Shown piece after piece: positions 1 through 13,500 of a stretch of DNA of 64,000 bases (within the stretch, counting starts at the first letter, position 1; each line of letters begins with the position of its first letter). The stretch comes from Eledone cirrhosa. Taxonomy: Eukaryota. The notes beneath the pieces were generated by a model. It worked only from the letters and a program-made list of their open reading frames with translations. It did no database searches and was not told where the DNA came from. The stretch covers positions 369,272,001 to 369,336,000 of the forward strand of contig OZ024742.1 in the NCBI GenBank assembly GCA_964016885.1. The letters are read 5' to 3'. The position numbers and the translations under genes are program-made.

Positions 1-3000
1 TTAAGTTGTCTGATCTCCAGCTTCAGATGTCTGCTGTCCAGTTTCGGTTGTCTGGTGACCAGTTTAGTTTGTCTGATGTCCAGCTCAGTTTTCTCATCTC
101 CAGCCTCAGTTCGCTGATGTCCAGCTTCAGTTATCTGATGTCCAGCTCAGTAGACCGATCTCCAATTTCAGTTTTCTGGTGTCCAGTTTAGGTAGGCTGA
201 TGTCCAGCTCAGTTGTCTAATCTCCAGCTTCAGTTCTCTGATGTCCAGCTTCAGTTGTCTGATGTCCAGCTTCAGTTGTCTAATGTCAAGTTTAAGTTAT
301 CTGATCTCCAGCTTCATTTGTCTGATGTCCAGTTTCAGTTGTCTGATGTCCAGTTTAGGTTGTCCGATGTTCAGCTTCAGTTCTCTGATGTCCAGCTTCA
401 GTTGTCTGATCTCCAGCTTCAGTTGTCTGCTGTCCTGCTTCTGTTGTCTGATGTCCAGCTTCAGTTGTCTGATCTTCAATTTTAGTTGTCTGATGTCCAG
501 TTTAGGTTGTCTGTTGTACAGTTTAGGTTGTCTGATGACCAGCTTCAGTTGTCTGATCTCCAGTTTCAGTTGTCTGCTGTCCAGTTTAGGTTGTCTGATG
601 TCCAGCTCAATTTTCTGTTCTCCACCTTCAGTTGTCTGATGTCCAGTTTAGGTTGTCTGATGTCCAGCTCAGTTGTGTAATCTCCAGGTTCAGTTGTCTG
701 TTTTCCAGCTTCAGATATCTGATCTCCAGCTTCAGTTGTCTGCTGTCCAGCTCCAGATATCTGATGTCCAGTTTAGGTTGTCTGATGTACAGTTTAGGTT
801 GTCTGATGTCCAGTTTAGGTTGTCTGATGTCCAGCTTCAGTTGTCTGATTTCCAGCTTCAGTTGTCTGTTGTCCAGTTTATGTTTTTTGATGTCCAGCTT
901 CAGTTGTCTGATGTCCAGCTTCAGTTGTCTGATGTCCAGCTTCAGTTGTCTGATCTCCAGCTTCAGTTGTCTGATTTCCAGCTTCAGTTGTCTGATGTCC
1001 AGTTTAGGTTGTCTGATCTCCCGTTTAGGTTGTCTGATGTCCAGCCTCAGTTGTCTGCTGTCCAGCTTCAGTTGTCTAATGTCCAGTTTAAGTTGTCTGC
1101 TGTCCAGCTTCAGTTGTCTGATCTCCAGCTTCAGTTGTCTGCTGTCCAGCTTCAGTTGTCTGATGTCCAGTTTAGGTTGTCTGATGTACAATTTAGGTTG
1201 TGTGATGACCAGCTTCAGTTGTCTGATATCCAGCTCAGTTGTCTGATCTCCAGTTTCAGTTGTCTGGTATCCAGTTAAGATATTCGGATGTCCAGCTCAG
1301 TTTTCTGATGTCCAGCTCAGTTGTCTGATCTCTAGTTTCGGTTGTCTGGTCTCCATCTTTAGTTGTCTGATGTCCAGTTTAACTTGTCTGATGTCCAGCT
1401 ACCGTTGTCTGATGTCCAGCGTCAGCTGTGTGATGTCCAGATTAGGTTGTCTGCTGTCCAGCTTCAAATGTCTGATATCCCCCTTCAGTTGTCTGATCTC
1501 CAGCTTCAGTTGTCTGCTGTCCAGCTTCAGTTGTCTGATGTCCATTTTAGGTTGTCTGATGTCCAGCTTCAGTTGAATGATGTCCAGCTTCAGTTGTCTG
1601 ATGTCCAGCTTCAGTTGTCTAATGTACAGCTCAGTTGTCTGATCTCCAGGTTCAGATTCGGATGTCCAGATTAGGTTGTCTGATGTCCATCTTCAGTTGT
1701 CTGATCTCCAGCTTAAGTTGTCTGTGATCTCCAGCTTCAGATGTCTGCTGTCCAGTTTCGGTTGTCTGGTGACCAGTTTAGTTTGTCTGATGTCCAGCTC
1801 AGTTTTCTCATCTGCAGCCTCAGTTCGCTGATGTCCAGCTTCAGTTATCTAATGTCCAGCTCAGTAGCCCGATCTCCAATTTCAGTTTTCTGGTGTCCAG
1901 TTTAGGTAGTCTGATGTCCAGCTCAGTTGTCTAATCCCCAGCTTCAGTTCTCTGATGTCCAGCTTCAGTTGTCTATTGTCCAGTTTATGTTGTTTGATGT
2001 CCAGCTTCAGTTGTCTGATGTCCAGTTTCAGTTGTCTGATGTCCAGTTTAGGTTGTCCGATGTTCAGCTTCAGTTGTCTGATGTCCAGCTTTAGTTGTCT
2101 GATCTCCAGCGTCAGTTGTCTGCTGTCCTGCTTCTGTTGTCTGATGTCCAGCTTCAGTTGTCTGATCTCCAATTTTAGTTGTCTGATGTCCAGTTTAGGT
2201 TGTCTGTTGTACAGTTTAGTTTGTCTGATGACCAGCTCAGTTGTCTGATCTCCAGTTTCAGTTGTCTGCTGTCCAGTTTAGGTTGTCTGATGTCCAGCTC
2301 AATTGTCTGTTCTCCACCTTCAGTTGTCTGATGTCCAGTTTAGGTTGTCTGATGTCCAGCTCAGTTGTGTAATCTCCAGGTTCAGTTGTCTGTTTTCCAG
2401 CCTCAGATGTCTGATCTCCAGCTTCAGTTGTCTGCTGTCCAGCTCCAGATGTCTGATGTCCAGCTTCAGTTGTCTGATGTCCAGTTTAGGTTGTCTAATC
2501 TCCAGCTTCAGTTGTCTGATTCCAGTTTAGGTTGTCTGGTATCCAGTTAAGGTTGTCTGATGTCCAGCTCAGTTGTCTGATCTCCAGCTTCAGTTGTCTG
2601 ATGTCCAGCTTCAGTTGTCTGATGTCCAGCTCAGCTGTCTGATCTCCATCTTTAGTTGTCTGACGTCCAGTTTAGGTTGTCTGATGTCCAGCTTCCGTTG
2701 TCTGATGTCAAGTTTAGGTTCTCTGATGTTCAGCTTCAGTTGTTTGATGTTCAGCTTCAGTTGTCAGATCTCCAACTTAAGTTGTCTGATGTCCAGCTTC
2801 AGTTGTCTGATGTCCAGCTTCGGTTGTCTGATGTCCAGCTCAGTACTCTGATCTCCAATTTCAGTTGTCTGGTGTCCAGTTTAGGTTGTCTGATGTCCAG
2901 CTCAGTTGTCTGATCTCCAGCTTCAGTTGTCTGATGTCCAGTTTAGGTTGTCTGATGTCCAGCTCAGTTGTCTAATCTCCAGTTTCAGTTTTCTGATGTC

Positions 3001-6000
3001 CAGCTTCAGTTGTCTGATGTCCAGTTTAGGTTGTCTGATCTCCATCTTGTCTGACGTCCAGTTTAGGTTGTCTGATGTCCAGCTTCCGTTGTCTGATGTC
3101 CAGCTTCAGTTGTGTGATGTCCAGTTTAGGTTGTCTGCTGTCCAGCTTCAAATGTCTGATGTCCAGCTTCAGTTGTCTGATCTCCAGCTTCAGTTGTCTG
3201 CTGTCCAACTTCAGTTGTCTGATGTCCCGTTTAGGTTGTCTGATGTCCAGCTTCAGTTGTCTGATGTCCAGCTCAGTTTTCTGATCTCCAGCTTCAGTTG
3301 TCTGATGTCCAGCTCAGTTGTCTGATCTCCAGCTTCAGTTGTCTGCTGTCCAGCTTCAGTTGTCTGATCTCCAGCTTCAGTTGTCTGCTGTCCAGCTTCA
3401 GTTGTCTGATTTCCAGCTTCAGTTGTCTGATGTCCAGCTCAGTTGTCTGATCTCCAGCTTCAGTCGTCTGATGTCCAGTTTAGGTTGTCTAATCTCCAGC
3501 TTCAGTTGTCTGATTCCAGTTTAGGTTGTCTGGTATCCAGTTAAGGTTGTCTGATGTCCAGCTCAGTTGTCTGATCTCCAGCTTCAGTTGTCTGATGTCC
3601 AGCTTCAGTTGTCTGATCTCCAGCTTCAGTTGTCTGCTGTCCAGCTTCAGTTGTCTGATGTCCAGCTTCAGTTGTCTGATGTCCAGCTTCAGTTGTCTGA
3701 TCTCAAGCTTCAGTTGTCAGATTTCCAGCTTCAGTTGTCTGATGTCCAGTTTAGGTTGTCTGATCTCCCGTTTAGGTTGTCTGATGTCCAGCCTCAGTTG
3801 TCTAATGTCCAGTTTAGGTTGTCTGATAACCAGCTTCAGTTGTCTGATCTCCAGCTTCAGTTGTCTGCTGTCCAGCTTCAGTTGTCTGATCTCCAGCTTC
3901 AGTTGTCTGCTGTCCAGCTTCAGTTGTCTAATGTCCAGTTTAGGTTGTCTGATAACCAGCTTCAGTTGTCTGATCTCCAGCTTCAGTTGTCTGCTGTCCA
4001 GCTTCAGTTGTCTGATGTCCAGTTTAGGTTGTCTGATGTACAATTTAGGTTGTCTGATGACCAGCTTCAGTTGTCTGATATCCAGCTCAGTTGTCTGATC
4101 TCCAGTTTCGGTTGTCTGGTCTCCATCTTTAGTTGTCTGATGTCCAGTTTAATTTGTCTGATGTTCAGCTTCCGTTGTCTGCTGTCCAGCGTCAGCTGTG
4201 TGATGTCCAGTTTAGGTTGTCTGCTGTCCAGCTTCAAATGTCTGATGTCCACCTTCAGTTATCTGATCTCCAGCTTCAGTTGTCTGCTGTAGAGCTTCAG
4301 TTGTCTGATCTCCAGCTTCAGTTGTCTGCTGTCCAGCTTCAGTTGTCTGATGTTCATTTTAGGTTGTCTGATGTCCAGCTTCAGTTGAATGATGTCCAGC
4401 TTCAGTTGCCTGATGTCCAGCTTCAGTTGTCTAATGTACAGCTCAGTTGTCTGATCTCCAGGTTCAGATTCGGATGTCCAGATTAGGTTGTCTGATGTCC
4501 ATCTTCAGTTGTCTGATCTCCAGCTTAAGTTGTCTGATGTCCAGCTTCAGATGTCTGGTGTCCAGTTTCGGTTGTCTGGTGACCAGTTTAGTTTGTCTGA
4601 TGTCCAGCTCAGTTTTCTCATCTCCAGCCTCAGTTCGCTGATGTCCAGCTTCAGTTATCTGATGACCAGCTCAGTAGCCCCATCTCCAATTTCAGTTTTC
4701 TGGTGTCCAGTTTAGGTAGTCTGATGTCCTGCTCAGTTGTCTAATCTCCAGCTTCATCTCTCTGATGTCCAGCTTCAGTTGTCTGATGTCAAGTTTAAGT
4801 TGTCTGATCTCCAGCTTCAGTTGTCTGATGTCCAGTTTCAGTTGTCTGATGTCCAGTTTAGGTTGTCCGATGTTCAGCTTCAGTTGTCTGATGTCCAGCT
4901 TCAGTTGTCTGATCTCCAGCTTCAGTTGTCTGCTGTCCTGCTTCTGTTGTCTGATGTCCAGCTTCAGTTGTCTGATCTCCAATTTTAGTTGTCTGATGTC
5001 CAGTTTAGGTTGTCTGTTGTACAGTTTAGGTTGTCTGATGACCAGCTTCAGTTGTCTGATGTCCAGCTCAGTTGTCTGGTCTCCAGTTTCAGTTGTCTGC
5101 TGTCTAGTTTAAGTTGTCTGATGTCCAGCTCAATTGTCTGTTCTCCACCTTCAGTTGTCTGATGTCCAGTTTAGGTTGTCTGATGTCCAGCTCAGTTGTG
5201 TAATCTCCAGGTTCAGTTGTCTGTTTTCCAGCTTCAGATGTCTGATCTCCAGCTTCAGTTGTCTGCTGTCCAGCTCCAGATGTCTGATGTCCAGTTTAGG
5301 TTGTCTGATGTACAGTTTAGGTTGTCTGATGTCCAGTTTAGGTTGTCTGATGTCCAGCTTCAGTTGTCTGATTTCCAGCTTCAGTTGTCTGTTGTCCAGT
5401 TTAGGTTGTTTGATGTCCAGCTTCAGTTGTCTGATGTCCAGGTTCAGTTGTCTGATCTCCATCTTCAGTTGTCTGATGTCCAGTTTAGGTTGTCTTATGT
5501 CCAGCTCAGTTGTCTAATCTCCAGTTTCAGTTTTCTGATGTCCAGCTTCAGTTGTCTGATGTCCAGTTTAGGTTGTCTGATCTCCATCTTTAGTTGTCTC
5601 TATGTCCAGTTTAGGGTGTCTGATGTCCAACTTCGGTTGTCTGCTGTCCAGCTCCAGATGTCTGATGTCCAGTTTAGGTTGTCTGATGTACAGTTTAGGT
5701 TGTCTGATGGCCAGTTTAGGTTGTCTGATGTCCAGCTTCAGTTGTCTGATTTCCAGCTTCAGTTGTCTGTTGTCCAGTTTAGGTTATTTGATGTCCAGCT
5801 TCAGTTGTCTGATGTCCAGGTTCAGTTGTCTGATCTCCATCTTCAGTTGTCTGATGTCCAGTTTTGGTTGTCTTATGTCCAGCTCAGTTTTCTCATCTCC
5901 AGCTTCAGTTCGCTGATGTCCAGCTTCAGTTGTCTGATGTCCAGTTTAGTTTGTCTAATGTCCAGTTTATGTTGTCTGATGTTAAGCTTCAGTTGTCTGA

Positions 6001-7260
6001 TGTCCAGCTCAGTAGTCTGATCTCCAATTTCAGTTGTCTGGTGTCCAGTTTAGGTTGTCTGATGTCCAGCTCAGTTGTCTGATGTCCAGCTTCAGTTGTC
6101 TGATGTCCAGTTTAGGTTGTCTGATGTCCAGCTTCAGTAGTCTGATCTCCAGATTCAGTTGTCTGCTGTCCAGCTTCAGTTGTTTGATGTCCAGTTTAGG
6201 TTGTCTGATGTCCCGTTTAGGTTATCTGATGTCCAGCTTCAGTTGTCTGATGTCCAGCACAGTTGTCTGATCTCTAGCTTATTGTCTGATGTCCAGTTCA
6301 GTTGTCTGATCTCCAGCTTCAGTTGTCTGATGTCCAGTTTAGGTTGCCTAATGTCCAGCTTCAGTTGTCTGATGTCCAGCTTCAGTTGTCTGATGTCCAG
6401 CTTCAGTTGTCTGATGTCCAGCATCAGTTGTCAGATCTCCAGCTTCATTTGACTAATGTCCAGTTTAGTTTGTCTAATGTACAGTTTAGGTTGTCTGATG
6501 TCCAGCTTCAGTTGTCTGATGTCTAGCTTCAGTTGTCTGATGTCCAGCTCAGTAGTCTGATCTCCAATTTCAGTTGTCTGATGTCCAGTTTAGGTTGTCT
6601 GATTTCCAGCTTCAGTTGTCTGATGTCCAGCTTCAGTTGTCTGATCTCCAGCTTCAGTTGTCTGATGTCCAGCTTCAGTTGTCTGATGTCCTGCTTCAGT
6701 TGTCTGATGTCCAGCTTCAGTTGTCTGATCTCCAGCTTCATTTGTCTGCTGTCCAGCTTCAGTTGTCTGATGTCCAGCTTCAGTCGTCTGATGTCCAGTT
6801 TAGGTTGTCTGATATCCAGCTCAGGCGTCTGATCTCCAATTTCAGTTTTCTGGTGTCCAGTTTAGGTTGTCTGATGTCCAGTTTAGGTTGTCTGATGTCC
6901 AGTTCAGTTCTCTGATGTCCAGCTCAGTTGTCTGATCTCCAGCTTGTTGTCTGATGTCCAATTCAGGTTGTCTGATCTCCAGCTTCAGTTTTCTGATGTC
7001 CAGTTTAGGTTGTCTGATGTTCAGGTTCAGTTGTCTGATATCCAGCTTCAGTTGTCTGATGTCCAGTTTATGTTGTCTGATGTCGAGTTTCAGTCTTCTG
7101 ATGTCCACTTTAGGTGGTCTGATGTGCCGCTTCAGTTGTCTGATGTCCAGCTTCACTTGTCTGATTTCCAGTTTAGTTTGTCTGATGTCCAGCTTCAGTT
7201 GTCTGATCTCCAGCTTCGGTTGTCTGATGTCCAGCTTCAGTTGTCTGATGTTCAGTTTCT
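1..7260. repeat. 21-bp tandem satellite, consensus ~GTTGTCTGATGTCCAGCTTCA, with 20-bp (..CAGCTCA) and ..CAGTTTAG variants
   Basis: Continuous head-to-tail monomers; ORF track gives 7-aa periodic translations (LSDVQLQ / CLMSSFS / LKLDIRQ); runs off the left edge of the window. Confidence 0.97.
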
Positions 7261-7575
7261 GCATTTGAAAGTTAGAAAGTTTGTGCAATCATTTGATGAT
7301 GGTCAGTGGTCAAGTAGTTCTTACCAATATCCAGACATACTCAACACACAAGACCAACATGATGATGGTCTGTCTTTCAAATATTTCATTCTATTCCTGT
7401 CATGATTTTAACATAGTTTTATTACTTAGATAACCTCTCTATTCTAAAGTCCTTGACCTCTAGAATTGGATATATCTCATTACACCATTGTAAACAGAGA
7501 TGTATGTCAGTAATAATATGTCCATTCTCTGTTATAGAAATATTAATTTAGATTTACTTTTTTTTCTTGGGTTCC

Positions 7576-10500
7576 TTCACTGAGACATGTGGACGCTACA
7601 TTTCCTGGTAGATATTTCACTGGGTCTTGTGGAGCCTAGAATTCCTGGTAGATATCTCATTGGGTCTTGTAGAGGCTACACTTCCTGCTAGATATCTCTC
7701 TAGATGTTGTAGAGGCTACTGTTCCTGGTAGATATCTCATTGAGTCTTGTGGGGGTTACATTTCCTGGTTGATACTTCACTGAGTCTTGTGGGAGCTACA
7801 TTTTCTGGTAGATATCACACTGGGTTTTGGGGAGGCTTCATTTCATGGAGATATCTCACTGAGACCTGTGGGGACTACATTTCCAGGTAGATATCTCACT
7901 GGGTATTATAGAGGCTACACTTCCTGGTAGATATCTCACTGGGTCTTCTAGAGGCTACATTTCCTGTTAGATATCTCACTGGGTCTTGTGGGTGCTACAT
8001 GTCTTGATAGATATCTCACTGGGTCTCGTAGAGGCTACATATCCTGTTAAATATCTCACTGTGTCTTGTGGAGGCTACATTTCCTGGTAGATATCTCACT
8101 GAGTCTTGTGGAGGCTACATTTCCTGGTAGATATCTCACTGGGTCTTGTGGGTGCTACATGTCTTGATAGATATTTCACTGTGTCTTGTGGAGTCTACAT
8201 TCCTGGTAGATATATCACTGAGCCTTGTGGAGGCTTTATTTCCTGGTAGATATCTCACTGTGTCTGGTAGAGGCTACACTTCCTGGTAGATATCTCACTG
8301 GTTTTTGTAGAGGCTACACATCCTGGTAGATATCTCACTGGGTGTTGTAGAGGCTACACTTTCTGATATATATCTCATTGAGTCTTGTGGGAGCTACATT
8401 TCATGGTAGATATCTCACTGAATCTTGTGGGGGCTTCATTTTCTGGTAGTTATCTCACAGAATATTGTGTAGGCTACACTTCCTGGTAGATATCTCACTG
8501 GGTCTTTTGAAGGCTACATTTTCTGGTAGATATCTCACTGGTTCTTGTGGAGGCTACATTTCCTGGTAGATATCAAACTGGCTTTGTGGAGGCTACATTT
8601 ACTGGTAGATATCTCACTGGGTCTTGTGAGCGCTATATTTCCTGATAGATATCTCACTGGGTCTTGTGGACGCTACATTTCCTTGTAGATATCTCACTGG
8701 GTGTTGTAGAGGCTACTCTCCCTGGTAGATATCTCACTGGTTCTGTTAAAGCTGACAGTTCCTGGTAGATATCTCACTGACGCTTGTGGGGTTACATTTC
8801 CTGGTAGATATTTCACTGGGTCTTGTGGAGGCTACATTTCTTGGTAGATATTTCACTGTGACTTGTGGAGTCTACATTCCTGGTAGATATATCACTGGGT
8901 CTTGTGGAGGCTACATTTCCTGGTATATGTCTCACTGAGCCTTGTGGAGGCTATATTTCCTGGTAGATATCTAACTGTGTCTGGTAGAGGCTACACTTCC
9001 TGGTAGATATCTCATTGGTTTTTCTAGAGGCTACACATCCTGGTAGATATCTCACTGGGTGTTGTAGAGGCTACACTTTCTGATATATATCTCATTGAGT
9101 TTTGGGGGAGCTACATTTCATGGTAGATATCTCACTGAATCTTGTGGGGGCTTCATTTTCTGGTAGATATCTCACTGGGTCTTTTGGAGGCTACATTTTC
9201 TGGTAGATATCTCACTGGTTCTTGTGGAGGCTACATTTCCTGGTAGATATCAAACTGGGTGTTGTAGAGGCTACTTTTCCTGGTAGATATCTCACTAGTT
9301 CTGTTAAAGGCGACAGTTCCTGGTAGATATCTCACTGACGCTTGTGGAGGCTACATTTCCTTGTAAATATCTCACTGGGTTTTGTAGAGGCTACACTTGC
9401 TGGTAGATATCTCACTGGGTGTTTTAGAGGCTACACTTCCTGGTAGATATCTCACTGATTTTTGTGGGGTCTACATTTCCTGGTACATATCTCACTGGGT
9501 CTTGTGGAGACTACATTTCCTGATAGATATCTCACTGGGTGTTGTAGAGGCTACTCTTCCTGGTAGATATCTCACTGGTTCTGTTAAAAGCGACAGTTCC
9601 TGGTAGATATCTAACTGACGCTTGTGGGGTTACATTTCCTGGTAGATATTTCACTGGGTCTTGTGGAGTCTACATTTCCTGGTAGATATCTCACTGGGTC
9701 TTGTGGAGGCTACATTTCCTTGTAGATATCTCGCTGGGTGTTTTAGAGGCTACACTTCCTGGTAGATAACTCTCTGGATGTTGTAGAGCATACACTTCCT
9801 GGTAGATATCTCACTGAGTCTTGTGGGGGTTACATTTCCTGGTTGATACTTCACTGAGTCTTGTGGGAGCTACATTTTCTGGTAGATATCTCATTGCGTT
9901 TTGGTTAGGCTACATTTCCTGGTAGATATCTCACTGGGTCTTATAGAGGCTACACTTCCTGGTAGATATCTCACAGGGTCTTATAGAGGCTACATTTCCT
10001 GGTAGAGATTTAGCTGGGTCTTGTGGAGAATACATTTCCTGGTAGATATCTCACTAAGTCTTGTGGGCGCTACATTTACTGATAGATATTTCACGGTGTC
10101 TTGTGGAGGCTACATTTGCTGGTAGATATCTCACTGGGTCTTATGGAGGCTACATCTACTGGTAGATATCTCACTGGGTCTTGTGGAGGCTACATTTCCT
10201 GGTAGATATCTCACTGGGTCTTGTAGAGGCTACAATTCCTGGTAGATATCTCTCTGTGTCTTGTAGAGGCTAAACTTCGTGGTAGATATCTCATTGGGTC
10301 TTATAGAGGCTACACTTCCTGTAGATATCTCATTGGGTCTTTTATAGGCTACATTTCTTGGTAGATATCTCACTGAGTTTTGTGAGGGCTACATTCCCTG
10401 GTAGATACCTCACTGGGACCTGTGGAGGCTACATTTCCTGGTAGATATCTCACTCGGTCTTGTGTAAGCTACACTTCCTGGTTCATATCTCACTGGGTCT

Positions 10501-13500
10501 TGTAGAGTCTACACTTCCTGGTAGATATATCACTGAGTCTTATGGGGCTACATATCCTGGTAGATATTTAACTGGGTCTTGTGGAGTCTAGATTTCCTGG
10601 TAGATATCTCACTGGGCCTTGTGGAGTCTACATTCCTTGGTAGATATCTCACCAGGTCTTGTGGTGGCTACATTTCCGGGTAGATATCTCACTGGGTCCT
10701 GTGGAGGCTACATTTCCTGGTAGATATCTCACTGGATCTTGTGGGGTCTACATTTCCTGGTAGATATTTAACTGGGTTTGTGGGGTCTACATTTCCTGGT
10801 AGATATCTCACTGGGTCTTGTGGAGGCTACATTTCGTGGTAGATATCTCACTGGGTCTTGTGAAGGCTACATTTCCTGGTAGATATCTCACTGGGTCTTG
10901 TGTAGGCTACATTACCTGGTAGATATCATGCTGGGTGTTGTAGAGACTACTCTTCCTGGTAGATATCTCACTGTGTGTTCAAGAGGCTACACTTCTTGGT
11001 AGATATCTCACTGAGTTTTGTTGGGGCAACATTTTCTGGTAGATATTTCACTGGGTCTTGTGAAGGCTACATTTCCTGGTAGATATCTCACTGGGTCTTG
11101 TGGAGGCTACATTGCTTGGTAGATATCTCACTGGGTCTTGTGGAGGCAACATTTCCTGGTAGATATCTCACTGGGTGTTGTAAGGGCTTCACTTCCTGTT
11201 AGATATCACATTGAGTCTTGCGGGGGCTACATTTCCTGGTTGATATCTCACTGAATCTTGTCGGGAATACATTTTCTGGTAGATATCTCATTGGGTTTTG
11301 TGGAGGCTACATTTCCTGGTAGATATCTAAGTGGCTCTTGTGGAGGCTACACTTCCTGGTAGATATCCACTGGTTCTTCTGGAGGCTACATTTCCTGGTA
11401 GATATCTCACTGGGTCTTGTGGAGGCTACATTGCCTGGTATATATCTCACTGGGTCTTGCGGAGGCTACATTTCCTGGTTGATATCTCGCTGGCTCTTGT
11501 GGAGGCTACATTTCCTGGTAGATATCTCACTGGGTCTTGTGGAGGCTACATTTCCTAGTAGATATCTCACTGGATCTTGTGAGGGCTACATTTCTTGCTA
11601 GATATCTCACAGGGTCTTGCGGAGGCTACATTTTCTGGTAGATATCTCACATTGTCTTGCGGAGGCTACATTTCCTGGTAGATATCTCACTGGGTCTTGT
11701 GGAGGCTACATTTATTGTTAGATATCTCACTGGGTCTTGTGGAGGCTCATTTCCTGGTAGATATCTCTCTGGATGTTGTAGAGGCTACACTTCCTGGTAG
11801 ATATCTCATTGAGTCTTGTGGGGTTACATTTCCTGGTTGATAGTTCACTGAGTCTTGTGGGAGCTACATTTTCTGGTAGATATCTCACTGGGTTTTGGGG
11901 ACGCTAAATTTCTTGGTAGATATCTCACTGAGACATGTGGGGACTACATTTCCTGGTAAATATCTCACTGGGTATTATAGAGGCTAAACTTTCTGGTAGA
12001 TATCTCACTGGGTCTTCTAGAGGCAACATTTCCTGGTAGATATCTCACTGATTTTGTTAGGGCTACATTTACTTGTAGATATTTCACTGGGTCTTGTGGA
12101 GTCTACATTGCCTGGTAGATATCTCACTGGGTCTTGTGGAGGCTACATTTCCTGGTAGATACCTCACTGGGAATTGTGGAGGCTACATTTGCTGGTAGAT
12201 ACCTCACTGGGTCTTGTAGAGTCTACACTTCCTGTTAGAGATATCACTGAGTCTTATGGGGCCACATATCCTGGTAGATATTTAACTGGGTCTTGTGGAG
12301 TCTACATTACCTGGTAGATATCTCACTGGTCCTTGTGGAGTCTACATTTCCTGGTAGATACCACACTGGGAATTGTGGAGGCTACATTTCCTGGTAGATA
12401 CCTCACTGGGTCTTGTAGAGTCTACACTTCCTGTTAGAGATATCACTGAGTCTTATGGGGCCACATATCCTGGTAGATATTTAACTGGGTCTTGTGGAGT
12501 CTACATTACCTGGTAGATATCTCACTGGTCCTTGTGGAGTCTACATTTCCTTGGTAGATATCTCACCGGGTTTTGTGGTGTCTACATTTCCTGGTAGATA
12601 TCTCACTGGGTCCTGTGGAGGTTACATTTCCTCGTAGATATCTCACTGGATTTTGTGGGGTCTACATTTTCTGGTAGATATTTAACTGGGTTTGTGGGGT
12701 CTACATTTCCTGGTAGATATCTCACTGGGTCTTGTGTAGGCTACATTTACTGATAGATATCTCACTGGGTGTTGTTGAGGCTACTCTTCCTGGTAGATAT
12801 CTCACTGGGTCTTGTGGAGGCTACATTTCTTGGTAGATATATCACTGTGTGTTCTAGAGAGAACACTTCCTGGTAGATATCTCACTGTGTCTTGTAGATG
12901 CTACACTTCCTGGTAGATATCTCACTGGGTCTTGTAAAGGCTACACTTCCTGGTAGATATCTCATTGGGTGTTGTAGAGGCTTCACTTCCTGGTAGATAT
13001 CTCATTGAGTCTTGTGGGGGCTACATTTGCTGGTTGATATCTCACTGAATCTTGTCGGAGATACATCTTCTGGTATATATCTCACTGGGCTTTGTGGAGA
13101 GTATATTTCCTGCTAGATATGTCACTGATTTTCCAGGGACTAGATTTCCTGGTAGATATCTTACTGGGTCTTATAGAGGCTACATTTCCTGGTAGATATC
13201 TCACTGATCTTTGTGGGTGCTACATTTCCTGGTAGATATCTCACGGGATCTTGTAGAGGCTACACTTCCTGGCGAGATATCTCACTGGGTGTTGTAGAGG
13301 CTACACTTTCGGGTAGATACCTCACTGGGTCTTGTGGGGGCTACATTGCCTGGTAGATATTTCACTGGGTGTTGTGGAGGCTACATTTCCTTGTCGATAT
13401 CTCACTGGGTCTTGTGGAGGCTTCACTTCCTGGTAGATATCTCATTGAGTCTTGTGGGGTTACATTTCCTGGTTGATACTTCACTGAGTCTTGTGGGAGC

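Noticed and set aside
1-7405. Leucine-zipper-like heptad ORFs (LSDVQLQ / LKLDIRQ)n
   Set aside because: A by-product of a 21-bp unit: open in several frames and on both strands, repeatedly broken by 20-bp monomers
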